In this document: positions 13,305 to 26,028 of the stretch, one piece after another | Numbering within the stretch: the first letter of the stretch is position 1 | Layout: each line of letters opens with the position of its first letter | Origin: Fistulifera solaris | Lineage: Eukaryota | Assembly (NCBI GenBank): GCA_030295235.1 | Contig: AP026135.1 | Coordinates: forward strand, 186,001-250,000 | Direction of reading: 5' to 3' | Length of the DNA: 64,000 nucleotides | Position numbers and translations under genes: made by a program | The notes under the pieces: generated by a model | Seen by the model: only the letters and a program-made list of their open reading frames with translations | Told to the model about the DNA's origin: nothing | Databases searched by the model: none

Positions 13305-15174
13305 ATGACTTCGATAGGAAAACGTCTACATTCGCCTACGGTAAAGTTTGACGAGTCGTCCTTTATCGCATCGGATAGTGTGCTGGCGAGCCCGCTCAGC
13401 ATGCCACGAAACAACAATCACAATGGAGATCAAGGCAAACGAAACACGGCTGCGTTTACACCAATTTTAACTCCCAAGGGTGACCGCAGTGGTAGCATTG
13501 TTCCCACACTGCTGTCACCTTCTCGTACAATTACGGAAACGTTAGCGACTTTAGCGGCTTCAACGGGAAATCAGCTGGAGGAGATTTGGGATGAAGTCGG
13601 ATACAGCCCCGAGGATCGAGCCGCACAACTTTCCGACCTTCTGGTCAAATTTCAAGATATATGCGCAGAAAAGATTGCAGAAGAGCGGAACGTTGCAGAA
13701 ACATTCCGTCAGACAATTGTGCAAGCGAAAGACGAAATCAAAAAGACGGCTTCGGCATTAAAAGTGGCCGTTGATCCCAAACTTCTTCGGGAGAGTTCAG
13801 AACATACTCTTTCTGATGAACTTGCGATGCTCGAAACAACTCTGGAAGGTCTTCGAGAAGCAGCGGATACAGCAAAAGAGGATTTGAAAGCATGTCTGGA
13901 ATATCTTATTGAGTCACACGCCGCCCTAGGCCTTGAATTGGACCCATCATGGCGGGACATCGAATCAGATTTGACGGCCCGTCGCAGGGAAGAGTTTCAC
14001 AGAAAAAAGACGGAAATGAAGGAAGAAATTAGTTCACGTTGTTCGGCTGTTATTCAATTAGTCCGAGACTGTCAGCATCTCATGGCTGATTTGAAGATCG
14101 AAGCGGAACGAGACGGTACAGCCTTTGATCGACGAGTCGCGGGTTCTCTGGTACGATCAAAAGACGGCAGCTTTATCATGTCTTCAAAATTCTCGTCGGA
14201 TTCTTGTGTCGGAATCAGTGCGTCTGCCATAGAAGATTTAACAAACCGTGTCGCTGAACTTCACAAGGAGAAGCGAGCAAGAAAAGTACAATTGGAAGAA
14301 ATGGGCGGGGCGATTGCTATGCTCTGGGAAAAGTTGCACATACCGGAGGAGGATCAGATCGCGTTTACGGAAAGTGTACAAGGCTTAGGATTAGACACAA
14401 TCGAAAAAGGCAGACGAGAACTGCAGCGACTACAAATTCTCAAGTCACAGATGCTTGGAAAGTTGATCCAAGAGGCCAGGGACAGGATTGTAGAGCTTTG
14501 GGAACAAATCGACGCTCCCCGCGAATACCGTGATCAATTCACTCCGTTTAAAAATCCAGCTAGAGGACTGTTTTGACGATAAGCTGCTGGAGCAACACGA
14601 AGAGTATGCCTACAATCTTTATTCAAGACTGGAACAAATGAAACCCATTCTCCGGATAATCGAGCGCCGCGAAGCTATTGTCCGTGAAAGATTTGAGTAC
14701 GAAGAACTTCAGAAAGATCCCGACCGTCTGCAACAACGTGGTGCAGCCATGACACGGCAGCTGATGGAGGAAGAGAAAATGGCCAGACGAATCAAACGGG
14801 AACTACCTCGGTTGACAGAGCTCCTCGTCGAGAAACTGATCGAATGGAAGGATTTAAACGGCGAAGACTTTCAATACAGAGGAGAGAAGTATTTAGACTT
14901 AATGGAGAGACAGGAGGAAGAGTGGAATCAATATAAGGCCGAGGAGCTTCAACGGAAGCTTAAGAAGAAGCAAGAAGAAAAATGCATGAAAGAAAATAAG
15001 TTTAGCTCAGCGCCTCTGTTTGCCCGCCATGCAGCCGGGAAGAAAAAGAGAGGTCCGTTGGGGGACGTGCCTAGCACTACAAACGCAGAGCGACAAGTGG
15101 GAAAGGGCTACGACTCGAAGAAAGCGGCAAGCACGCGGTACAATCGTCAAGCAGGAGATGAAGTAGGCCTTTGA
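13305..15174 (+). CDS. Microtubule-associated protein MAP65/Ase1/PRC1 family; frameshift near 14550
   Basis: LEEIWDEVG, LWEKLHI, IVELWEQI, DKLLEQHEE, KDPDRL..RG..LMEEEK..RIKRELP and W..NGEDFQYRG are typical of the MAP65 rod and spectrin domain. Confidence 0.88.
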
Positions 15175-15755
15175 AACCACGATAGTAGATCATTTCATAG
15201 TAACGAGTAACGTCATCGCTTTCATGATAGATCATGTGTCGTTTACCACCACTTAGAATTCCTTAAGCGTTAACTCTCCGAGAAGTAACTAGATTCCAAA
15301 CTTGGGAGCAACATCAGAATCATCCATGGCTAGCTAGCAACTAGTGTCGGAAGATCAAAAATAGGACCGCCACTCTCGAAGCAAAGCGCTTTAAAGACAA
15401 TTATTCATTTGTTGATTTTACTCCCTGACAACAGTTTGGGTAAAGATCCCGCTTTGGTAGCTCCTCTTGGAAGATAAACACCAAACGACTGCGAGCGAGG
15501 CTACTCAGGCCAACAAGCTAGTCACAACGCAAGCCTACTGATATACATAGTTCTCTGGAGTAAAGGAATAGAATCTTTTTGACAAATCAGATCTTCCCTC
15601 TTCAAAAGAAACAGACCAGCAACACGAAGCACAGAACAGTTATGAACGATACTTAAGTATAAAAGACGATTTCTCAGTTTTTGACACATCCACACGCGAA
15701 CAAAGTTATTGCGAGTGTGGATTGGAACCAGGGGAGATACAAGTGTTTTCTATGC

Positions 15756-16375
15756 TTAGAATCGTAGTTTCTGGAAGAAGTAAGTGCTTCCTTGTGCCTT
15801 CTTTTCGCTGGTAACTTCCTTTTGATTCATGTATCGCTCATAGAAGACCTTCTTGAGGTTCTTCTTGACCTCAACCTTTCGTTCCACATCAACCAAATCC
15901 GCCTCATCGACCGTCGTCTTCAAATCAATGTCCACCACATAACGAGTGGGGAATACATGACGCACGTTCATGTACTTGACAAAAGGCTTCATTGTTTTGG
16001 ATCGTTTTTCCACCTTCTTCTTAGACATGGCCTTTGTGACTTTACGGGGGTTTCGTGCCAATCCTGCTACCAGACAGTGCGAGAAGCGGCGATCGCTGTT
16101 GCCATCATCAAAGGTCTTGACAACAACGGCCTTCTTGCCGGCGTGTCGTCCAGCCAAAAGAATGACAACTTTTCCTGTTTCTAAAATTTATTAAAAGAAG
16201 AGAGAGAGGGCATTAGATATTAATTTATTCCAAGACAATTTGTCGTGCAACAGCAACTAAAAACATCCAATCGATCATTTTAACTCCGATTAATTCAACA
16301 AAACAACCCTACAATATCTTCGATTTGCATCAAATAAGACAATTGCGATAACGAAAACTCACTAATAATAGCCAT
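15756..16375 (-). CDS. RPL27: 60S ribosomal protein L27 (eL27); intron about 16181-16362
   Basis: GKVVILLAGRHAGKKAVVVK...KPFVKYMNVRHVFPTRY...YFFQKLRF, with a short first exon MAII. Confidence 0.96.
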
Positions 16376-16765
16376 GGTTGTCAAGTATTGTTATTCGTTG
16401 TAGAAACCCGTCGAAAATTCCCAGGTGCACGCGCTGTTTTTTCGTTGTCGCTTTGTTTGTTTGTTGGCCGACGCCGCAGCGAAAAAGTAAAGAGAGAAGA
16501 GGTAAATGAAAACAAAAGAACTCGATCCCTAATGCTCATGCTAGTAGTTCCTGGTATGGCAAAAACAAAACCTGTGAGAAATGAAAATGAAGATCCAAAC
16601 GCGGACAACTGACGTACATCCCAGAGTTTTCAACGGCTTCAGTGATCACCACACGGCGTAAAAAAAGGGGTGGAGAGAAGAAAAAGAAAAAGGCAATCAT
16701 CTCTACCAAATCAATCCACGCTCTAGAATTGTTATCTTTGAGTTTGTCCTTTCATCTTTCCAAAA

Positions 16766-17035
16766 ATGGCAGAGGAAATCGTAGCCACGAGTCCACTCGA
16801 ATACGTGATCAACGGAGCTAAGGTAGGCTCTTTTTTCTGTTTTGCTACTTTTGCATGTTGGCAAGGAGACGATAGACTCATCATTCGACCTTGTTTGGTT
16901 TAACAGATACTCTTTGCTTTATCACCGCTTATTGCTCTCGCGTACATTCTCTTTTCGGCATTCGAATCGCCCGAGGCAGAAGCCCTAAAACGACGAAAGA
17001 AGGGTGATTTTGAGTTGGAAGGACACGGAGAATAA
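16766..17035 (+). CDS. Putative 61-aa single-pass membrane microprotein; intron 16823-16906 (not in ORF track)
   Basis: AAAAATGG start context and a GTAGGC...TAACAG intron give an in-frame join: MAEEIVATSPLEYVINGAK|ILFALSPLIALAYILFSAFESPEAEALKRRKKGDFELEGHGE*. Confidence 0.65.
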
Positions 17036-17316
17036 AGAATGTGACAGAAATAGTGCTCGAATGGTCAAGACTTCGGACTACAACAACCTACTTGCATTTG
17101 TCTAGGACTCTTACAAAATTAGTATAAATGCAACAACAACGACATTATCAACAACAAAACTTATTTTATTTTTCAGTGCTATCCCAAGACAGGTCGATCT
17201 TCCAACACATACTTCATCTTTCTTCTTTCAAATGGAAGATTATCGTTTCGTTGACCGCCTACCCCAAAGCCATAAATTCTTTTGATCCAAAATTATGTTT
17301 TTTTTTCGTTACCGCT

Positions 17317-17893
17317 TCATAGCGTTTCTCTTTTCAATACGGATACCCGATCGATATCAAAATCTGGATCACAGTGAATGGGATGAATCCGTTGTCCCGA
17401 AAACGCGCATACATGCATACGCTCATCTTCCACTACGGTTCTCCAGTTCCACCTGCCAAAAAAGGTGTGAGAAAAATACGATACGGTGTACGCTTCTTTT
17501 CTCAAACAGAACGTACCCCTCCGCAGCAAATTCCACGACATTTCGTGCGATATTCTGTTGCAACTCCAGTCGATTCGACCACAATTTGGACCGAACCTGC
17601 CGACAGTATTCGTTCCGCATCGGAATTGCCACCACTGTCACGGTTTCATTGAACTGCAGAGATTGACGCTTTCTTCGTTTGGATGAATGATTGACATCTT
17701 CTGGTTTTTGTGTTTCGTCAAAACATGTTGGCTCGTTGTTGTTCTCCACCAAGTCAACGACTGTACTGGCGACGTCGCCTCGCAACAGTTCATTCTGAGA
17801 TCGCGTCGTCTTGGGTAGATCGTTCGAGGTGGACTGGAATAATAGTTCGTTGCGAGCATTCATCGGATTTCGAAACGTAGCTGTTGATATCAT
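17317..17893 (-). CDS. Hypothetical protein of a diatom-type family; intron about 17453-17516
   Basis: SLQFNETVTVVAIP..EY..LWSN..RNVVEFAAEG|WNWRTVVEDERM..SGQRIHPIH; a GT-AG intron joins two ORF-track frames. Confidence 0.65.
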
Positions 17894-18483
17894 GTTGAAT
17901 ATTGTTTTGGGTCTTCTATATTCTTATGCACTGCATATGTCTGCTAACGCGGTCGGAGGGAATGAATAGAAGATTTTTTCCTGTTCTGTGACACGACGAA
18001 AAAGAGCATCACGTCATTCAACTACAACGAACAAAATAATCATAATCACCGTCTTTCGAAAAGTGAAGTTGATGAAAGAAGAAATCATTTCTCAAGGGCA
18101 CACACGTCATTCTCCTCCTTCGGTTGTCACACAACGGACAACATCCACCAACTAATATCGCAACGGTTCTTTGTTTGCCGTATTCGGAGAAGAGTTTTTC
18201 TGAAATGCGGAGACGTCGGAGTAGACGATTGAGTCACTCTAATGTTCGATGTCTGCGGCACTCCAGTATAGGATGCATAGTATGAAAGTGAAGAACACTT
18301 TAGGTTACTTCGACGAAGCATCGAGTCCCACTATCCGTTGCAGAAAAAGGTGGTGAACACGAAAGCAGATAACGCGATAATTTGTTATTGTAACCGAAGT
18401 AAGATTCTTACGATTGAAGAAACAAATAACAAATCCTCGCTCGTTACATCAAAAGTCAGCAGTCTCTTCTTTTCCTATAAGCC

Positions 18484-19603
18484 ATGGATCCTAACATTAA
18501 CCCCGAAACAGGCGAAACAATGGCGTCCGGACGATCTCCACGATTCAGCATGTGGGTCGCCCTAACGGTGTTTAGTGTGATTGTCTTGGGAGCTTCCGTT
18601 GAAGTGGTACGTAAGATTTTTACAATGACGATACCATTTGTGCTTTCCATTTCTCTGTTGAACGAAACGGTTCGTTTTCTAGTAGTCGTTGTTTTCCAGC
18701 AATCAACTCACACATATATCTTGTTTAGAAAAACGATCAATTCTGGCCCGATTCCGAAGTCAAATGGGCCGTCGCGTGTTCCTCTCTGACCGCTGTCGTC
18801 GGCGCCGTCATCTCGGCAGTGCACATGTCTCCGGTCGCGTCTTCCATCATTATTGGCACGCCCATCGAAGGTGTCTTGGCGTTGCTGTTGGATATTTTCT
18901 GGGGATGCACCGTCGGGGTCGTCAACAAATCCGATGACGATCAAATGTTCGCCAACGCCGCTTCGGTGCGCAACGCCAATCTCTATTACTTTTCCTGGGC
19001 ATGCTTTGTGACGGCCACCGTGTTAGTCGTCAATTACGCCCGCCATGCGTATGGACTCGACATGGTGGCCGAAGTCCGCAACCGTGGTTCGCGTCTCAGT
19101 GCCTGGGCGGCCCTCGTTGCCACCAGTTTGATTGTCATGGGGTCCAGTGCGCGCATTTTGAATTCGAACTGTCCCATGGCATCGGATCCTTCGCAATCCG
19201 TTGCCACCGAATCGAAAGAAGCCTATTTTGTTTCGGAGAGTTACTGTCCTCGCACCAAATTTGGTGTGGCGGTGGGATGTTTGGGAGTTTTCACGGCTTG
19301 TACGATTGTGGCTTGCAAACTGATGCTGTCCGTGGTCCCCTTTTCGTTGGAATTTCGCGTCTCCTTGGTGACTTGCCTAGTGAACGCTTTTGGGGTCGCG
19401 TACATTACTTCAAACTCGGGTCCCGGCTCGTACATTGGCAATTTATATTATTTCACGTGGATGTCCTTTTGTTGTCCGTATATCTTCTCATTGAATGCTT
19501 CCATGAAATGCGTACCGCACCCGCCGATCAGACGGGGACAGATGGTAATGATACACAAAAGGACGGAGGCGAATTACCCGTAGAGCCTTTGGATGATGTC
19601 TAA
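18484..19603 (+). CDS. Multi-pass membrane protein of unknown function with an internal repeat (NLYYFxW twice); intron about 18607-18728; frameshift near 19470
   Basis: About 8 hydrophobic segments; ANLYYFSW and GNLYYFTW; GTACGT...TTTAG intron. Confidence 0.7.
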
Positions 19604-19728
19604 ACGACAATTGATGATTCAATGATGTCGTGTCTCTCGAGAATAGTATTATTAATTCATTCAGTCATTAGTATGACGGTCTAGTATAGCCTTAGCAAAA
19701 CAATCTTTTCGGAAACCACATTTCTTTT

Positions 19729-20517
19729 CTACAGCTGCTTCTTGTCCGACACGGTTGTGGGGCTATTGATGCAAACGGACAAGACATACGTCCATATACT
19801 GGTGACCGCCAAGACTACCAAGGACGAATAGAATTCGGATTTTTCCGACGGCGTCCGGGGTGGCATTCGCGAAAAAGTAAAGTTGTTGCGAATCCAATCT
19901 TCGATTTGTTCATTGAATTGATAGTGATCCAAGGTAGCGGTCAAGGCACTCCCCAACGCAATTGCCGTCAAGCCAATGGGGACATTCGCCATCAACGATG
20001 AAAAGTAGCGATCGGGCCATCCAAAGACGAGGAGACACGTCATGACATGTTGCATGGGAATAAAGAGAAGATAAAGGCAAGAATACAGAGTGGGTGCCGG
20101 AATTTTTTGAAAGGAATGAACGGCTGCATTGTATGCAATCATGAACCAAATATTGGAACACAAACCATTGAAACCGAACCGTACATGCAAGGGGATTTTG
20201 TGTAAGAACGGATGCAGCAACCGGGGTTCGTGTTGTAGTAGTAGTAGAGGAGAGAGACTCCCTCGACTTTTGGGGGCTTCTTCGATACTGATTCGGCGAT
20301 GCGTGGGTGATATCGCTGTTGCTGTTGTAACAATTTCTTCGAGTGTTGCATTGGAATGGTAACGTGGATTGTCGGTTAGCCGCCTTCGGGAAGTATCCGA
20401 AGCATGTAGGTGCGCCTCAACATCATCGTGATACACGGTGGGCAAGGGACTTTCTCGGGCCTCGTTTGTGCGTCGAGGAGAAATTGCTTCAATGACAGAC
20501 GTTATTCTTCGTAGCAT
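19729..20517 (-). CDS. Hypothetical membrane protein (262 aa)
   Basis: Long ORF with about 4 hydrophobic segments in the C-terminal half; no family recognised. Confidence 0.7.
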   Translation of the reverse strand: MLRRITSVIEAISPRRTNEARESPLPTVYHDDVEAHLHASDTSRRRLTDNPRYHSNATLEEIVTTATAISPTHRRISIEEAPKSRGSLSPLLLLQHEPRLLHPFLHKIPLHVRFGFNGLCSNIWFMIAYNAAVHSFQKIPAPTLYSCLYLLFIPMQHVMTCLLVFGWPDRYFSSLMANVPIGLTAIALGSALTATLDHYQFNEQIEDWIRNNFTFSRMPPRTPSEKSEFYSSLVVLAVTSIWTYVLSVCINSPTTVSDKKQL

Positions 20518-20929
20518 ATTCTTCTATTGAGTAGATTGTTTACTATGTTATAGTCACTTCTTTTTATGTTGGAACACACTATAGAAAATGAATGATTGTT
20601 TCAAAAAAAATAAATAATCACACACGTTATTGAAACAAAATACGGAGTAAAGAGTAAAGAATGGAGTACCTGAGTACTTTCCAATAGAGTGTTACCTATT
20701 ACATCGTACCTTAATTCGTACCGGTTCCTACATGTCATGCAAAATATCGTCTTACATAGCGATTTCAGAACCGTTTCCCTAGTTTGAATAAAAGCGTTTT
20801 GTCATTCTCTTCACATCACATCGCCCTCGCGTCGTGTCATTTTTTCCCCTCATGCCACACAACAAGTCTATTTCCATCGCAATGAAACAGCTTGCCCCTG
20901 TAAACTCCTAAAAATGAATCACAATTACT

Positions 20930-22087
20930 ATGAACAAGTCTGATACGAGTATAAAACAATTCACGCCCATGTTTCGCCGTGCCTGGATTCGCCGGGTCAC
21001 CTTTTTGTGGCTTTTGACGGCCGTCGCTCATCCCATCTACTACGCCCTTTACATAGTTCCTTTGCCACCAGCACAGCAAATAGATGAACCATCCTTTGCG
21101 GCATGTTTACTCATCAAAGATGACAATGATTTGTTACCCGAATGGTTGGCCTATCATTATACCGTCCTTCCGTTACGGCACGTGGTGATTGCGGTCGATC
21201 CGCATTCGGTACAAGATCCTGCGCCGATTTTGCAGCGCTGGCAACCGTACTTGCGTTACACGATTTGGCAAAACGGGGACGATTCTTTACGGCAGAACGA
21301 AAATAAACAAGAACAACAACATCATCATCATCATCATCACGCATTGGTGCAGCGACAAAAAGAATTCATTAAAAAGTGTTCGGAATATTTGAAACACGAA
21401 GGAGCGCAATGGACGGCGTTTATTGATACGGATGAATATGTGATTCCGAATCGCCTCAATCTTCATAACGACGAGCAGTTGGTTATCGATGGTCACGGCC
21501 CTCATGCGATCCAGAATATATCGTGGCACATCCGTCAACACCTTCCTCCGATGGGAGATGCGACGACCGTGGCGGAGATTTTGACAAAACTGCAATTTGC
21601 CGGCTTGGTCGGATCGTGCTATACGTTACCACGATTGCTCGTGGGAGCCTTGGAGAATCGGACGTGTCATCATGCTTCCAGAAATACATTTCCCCCGTTA
21701 TCGACGTTGCGCTTTTTTCAGCACGCCGTAAAAGGCGATTTTCGACTCAACAAATTTGGGAAAGTATGGATGGATTTGTCCCAAATATCCTCACAGACCA
21801 TTCAATCGACCGTGCCCCGCAATATTCACCGGCCTTACAAGGATAACTGTGGTCCAGGAGCGGTGCATTTCCCGGATGCTTTCTTTTATATCAACCATTA
21901 TTTGGGGAGCTGGGAGCGGTACAGTGCGCGGTCGGATCCACGTCGCAATCGCGAGGAATGGGAGAAACGCGCATTTGTGGATGACGGGTCACCGACTTGT
22001 GAAAGTGGTGTTTACGAATGGCTGCCACGCTTTGTCGAACAGGTCGGTGGTGAAGCCCGCGCCCGGTATCTTTTGGAGGGAACATGA
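20930..22087 (+). CDS. Type II membrane glycosyltransferase-like protein (GT92/GT2-like)
   Basis: N-terminal TM anchor, then FAACLLIKDDNDLLPEWLAYH, a WTAFIDTDEY DxD motif, INHYLGSWE and a poly-His tract. Confidence 0.75.
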   Translation: MNKSDTSIKQFTPMFRRAWIRRVTFLWLLTAVAHPIYYALYIVPLPPAQQIDEPSFAACLLIKDDNDLLPEWLAYHYTVLPLRHVVIAVDPHSVQDPAPILQRWQPYLRYTIWQNGDDSLRQNENKQEQQHHHHHHHALVQRQKEFIKKCSEYLKHEGAQWTAFIDTDEYVIPNRLNLHNDEQLVIDGHGPHAIQNISWHIRQHLPPMGDATTVAEILTKLQFAGLVGSCYTLPRLLVGALENRTCHHASRNTFPPLSTLRFFQHAVKGDFRLNKFGKVWMDLSQISSQTIQSTVPRNIHRPYKDNCGPGAVHFPDAFFYINHYLGSWERYSARSDPRRNREEWEKRAFVDDGSPTCESGVYEWLPRFVEQVGGEARARYLLEGT

Positions 22088-22140
22088 CAGCCGGTGGTGA
22101 AATTCAGCCAAGAAAGAGCCACGATGAATAGACAATAAGG

Positions 22141-22250
22141 AAAAAGGCGGCGCATCGATGGTGTCGGACGACGCATGAATTTGGATGTACGATATCGAAA
22201 AGGTGGCGTATCGATGGTGTTGGACGACGCATGAATTAGGGATGTCGACG
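22141..22250. repeat. Imperfect direct tandem duplication, 2 units with period about 56 bp
   Basis: AAAAGGCGGCGCATCGATGGTGTCGGACGACGCATGAATTTGGATGT versus AAAAGGTGGCGTATCGATGGTGTTGGACGACGCATGAATTAGGGATGT. Confidence 0.85.
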
Positions 22251-22351
22251 CACGAGCGATGAAAGTAAATACAATATAGAATGCTTTTATTATTTTGATC
22301 ATACATTATGTATTCTAAACAGGAAAAAACGGAGAAACGTGATGCGCATTG

Positions 22352-22858
22352 TTAGAGTGACTCATCCGCGCTGTGGTTCAGGCTAATATCATTCGGTAAG
22401 GAGCAACGCTCCACGGAGGACTCCCAAAAGGTGGAAGGGTCGTCCGAGATGGAGTCCAGGTCCTGACACATTGAAGTGGCTTCACGAGACGATAATGAGA
22501 AATCGTCATCTTGGCAATCCATGAGATCTATATGGGAGGCAAAGGTATTTGGTTCAAACAGGAGCGAGAAATCCACTATGCAGGAATGTTCTTCCGACCA
22601 ATCCAATGGTGTCCCTCGGTCCTCCGAATGAGCGAACGGTGAAATGACACGTCGTTCCGTCTCACTTTCGGCACTCTCGATGGGTTGAGCTCGACAAACA
22701 GTGTAGGATTTATCCAAAGTTTCTTCCATGGTCATGTCACGAAAAATTTCGGCTGCGGCCTTTTCCATGACAGAATGTGAGGAGTCGTCGTCGTTGTCGT
22801 TGTCGTTCTGGATCGGCTGGAAGGAAAAGCTCATGTCTTGCATGTTTACCACATTCAT
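22352..22858 (-). CDS. Hypothetical acidic protein (168 aa)
   Basis: ATG-initiated ORF with D/E/S-rich composition; no family recognised. Confidence 0.5.
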   Translation of the reverse strand: MNVVNMQDMSFSFQPIQNDNDNDDDSSHSVMEKAAAEIFRDMTMEETLDKSYTVCRAQPIESAESETERRVISPFAHSEDRGTPLDWSEEHSCIVDFSLLFEPNTFASHIDLMDCQDDDFSLSSREATSMCQDLDSISDDPSTFWESSVERCSLPNDISLNHSADESL

Positions 22859-23546
22859 GTTTACCTGTGTTTATATTCTTAAATCGTTAGACGAAACGAT
22901 TCACTTATGTTTCGATGGATAGACTTGTCTCTAAATGAAGCATTATAAATTTGTGTGACGGGTCGGAACATTCCTTTTCAAATGGTTGGATTTAGAGATG
23001 ATGAAAAAGTGGGGCGGTTGCTGTTTGGCGGAATTGCGTGATGCCGATTATGAGGATGGAGGCGTTTGAATTGTTTGGACGTTACTTAGCGGTTATCTTT
23101 GGCGGGCTCGGCGGTCCTATTTCCGTGGTGGTTTGTTCGCTTTGGAGAAGCATCGAATTTGTCTCAACGCTCTAAGTAAATCCTTTACAAGATTGGAGTA
23201 TCTCCTTTGAAGTGCTTAAGCCCCATTCGCTTACGGCTCGATTATTGACCGAATTGACCCGTGTCGTAACGGTGGATTTTATGTTCTATTTCATATCATA
23301 GCTCGTTTTTGACAGTGATGCAGAAAGTCAAAAGTTTTTCAGCGACAATTCTTGCCTTTTAAGAACGGCGGGCGTCACTCAACGTCGGTAGTGTTTAGTC
23401 GCTTTCAGTACCGGCTCTTTCCAACGGAAAAAAGCGAACCTGATCTTCCTCTTCATCGCTGGAGAATCGACAGAAAGAGGCGAACAGCAGCGACGGCGCA
23501 TCAATCATCCAGTTGCCAGAGGCAATAAACACTAACCACTTTCACC

Positions 23547-25319
23547 ATGGCACACGAAGAACGTTTCATCCCCGAGCGTCAAAGCTGGATCAGCTGTCGA
23601 TAGTCAAAGACTACGCAGCAGTCCCTCGCCTCGAATACCGGTACGTACGCATAGAATCCACGTTGACTCTCAGACGTCTTTCACTTCTTGTCCTTCCGTT
23701 CCACGGTAACGGCTCGTTTTAAAACGGTCTTGAAAATCGCCAATAGTTTTTCTCCCGTTACTGGACGAAATGATTAGCATCGTTCAACCTACACGAAACG
23801 GACGCCTTGTTTCAAAAGCGGGTTCAGTCTCATGTCGCCATTTACAACAACGCACCTGTTTCTCATATCATTCAAATAATATACTTGTTCCCTTTACAGA
23901 ACTATTGCGGGTGTGAACGGCCCCCTCGTTATTTTGGATAATGTCAAGTTACCCAAATATGCCGAAATTGTGAATTTGCAATTGCGCGACGGCACGACTC
24001 GGTCGGGTCAGGTGTTGGAAGTCGCTGGTAGTCGTGCGGTGGTACAAGTCTTTGAAGGTACGGCGGGGATTGACAACCGAAAAACGACGTGTGAGTTCAC
24101 CGGTGATGTGCTCAAGATGGGTGTTTCGGAGGAAATGTTGGGTCGCTCGTTTAATGGTTCGGGTAAAGTGATTGATCAGGCTCCGAAAGTTCTGGCCGAG
24201 GCCTATTTGGACATCAACGGGCAGCCGATTAACCCGTCGTCTCGTGATTATCCGAAGGCTATGATTCAGACCGGTATCTCGGCCATCGATGTCATGAACT
24301 CGATTGCTCGAGGTCAGAAAATTCCTATTTTCTCGGCAGCCGGTCTTCCCCACAATGAAGTCGCGGCCCAAATTGCCCGTCAAGCTTCTCTGGTCAAACT
24401 GAAGGACACCCAGGATGGACATGAGGACAACTTTGCCATTGTTTTCGGAGCCATGGGTGTCAACATGGAGACGGCTCGCTTTTTCCGATCCGATTTCGAA
24501 GAGAGTGGTGCTATGCAACGTACGGCCTTGTTCCTCAACCTGGCCAACGATCCCACCATTGAACGTATTATTACGCCTCGTTTGGCTCTCACCACCGCCG
24601 AGTACCTAGCGTACGAGCGTGATTTGCACGTGCTGGTCATTTTGACCGATATGTCTTCGTACGCGGATGCTCTTCGTGAGGTTTCGGCGGCGCGTGAAGA
24701 AGTCCCCGGTCGTCGTGGTTACCCCGGTTACATGTACACGGATCTTTCGACCATCTACGAACGTGCCGGTCGTGTGGTGGGACGCAATGGTTCCATTACG
24801 CAGTTGCCGATTTTGACCATGCCAAACGATGATATTACGCACCCCATTCCCGATTTGACTGGTTACATTACGGAAGGTCAGATCTACCTCGATCGTCAAT
24901 TGCACACGAAGGGTATTTTCCCTCCGATCAATGTGCTTCCTTCATTGTCTCGTCTCATGAAGTCGGCCATTGGAGAAGGCATGACGCGCGACGATCACGG
25001 CTCTGTTTCGAACCAGCTGTACGCTTCGTACGCCATGGGTAAGGATGTGATGGCCATGAAGGCCGTTGTCGGAGAAGAAGCCTTGTCGATGGAGGATCAC
25101 TTGTATTTGAGCTTCTTGGAGCGCTTTGAAGGCAAGTTTATTTCACAAGGACCCTACCAGGCGCGTACTATCTTCGAGTCGTTGGATCTGGCCTGGAGTA
25201 TTTTGCGAGCATTCCCGAAAGAACTGCTCAAGAAGATCCCGAAGAAAACGTTGGATCAGTACTATGCCCGTCGCCGGGAAGCAGCGGAAGACTTCAATCA
25301 GGCGGCGGGATCCAGTTAA
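23547..25319 (+). CDS. VMA2: V-type H+-ATPase subunit B; intron 23641-23899; probable 1-nt indel just after the start codon
   Basis: [67 protein letters not shown] and [10 protein letters not shown]. Confidence 0.97.
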
Positions 25320-26028
25320 CGTTATTTATAGAAAGCGGTTATTTCTGCATTTATCATAATTATTATAGAAGTGGGCTATCACTGCTTTCTAGACTCTCTT
25401 CGTGGATACTCTGTGTTGCTTTGACTTTCTGCTTGCTCCCAATCGCCCGTGATTGCCTCGTTTACGAGTTCTACCCTCAGAGTCCTTGATTGACTGAAAG
25501 TGGTGTTTCATCAATACTAATAAGGAAGTCATCAAAATCATCAGTTGGGCCAGCAATGCGGTGAGTTGGACCGCATACAAATAATGGAACCTTTGCCAGG
25601 CGCGGCGACGAGCCCGCCGCGCAGCCGCTAGCTGTGAATAGATGCAAGATTCCTTGTTGGAACGGAAGAGAGTCATCAGGATAAGTTTGTAGATATCAGA
25701 GACGTACAATGACAGAATGCATTACGAAGGAAAAAAGAAGCAGAAATAATAATAATGTGATGGCGTTTTGATGCACCGCTGAAAAATGCGATGCCCTTGC
25801 AAACTGGGACTCACAAGCTGTCGCAACGGTGCAATTGTATATTACTATCGTGGTTATTGTGCATTCCTGTACGTCAACCGCCTTGAACCTAAAGCGTCAG
25901 TCGGATGCGACGACTTAGGATGCGATCGAGATGACATGAAAATTTGGAACTTTTTCATTGCAAAGGATCATCGGTGTTTGTCATCACATTTTTATCATTC
26001 ATTATTAATTCATTGAAACTGTAGAAGA

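Noticed and set aside
20930..22087. Glycosyltransferase as a tailoring enzyme for the putative peptide precursor
   Set aside because: It lies 25 kb away among housekeeping genes. No sulfotransferase, hydroxylase or protease gene is adjacent to the duplicated genes, so there is no evidence for a biosynthetic cluster.
22141..22250. CRISPR-like repeat
   Set aside because: Only two adjacent units, no spacers, eukaryotic context and no cas genes.
25389..25709. 106-aa minus-strand ORF with a hydrophobic stretch
   Set aside because: It might be a terminal exon, but I could not build a convincing start or first exon.
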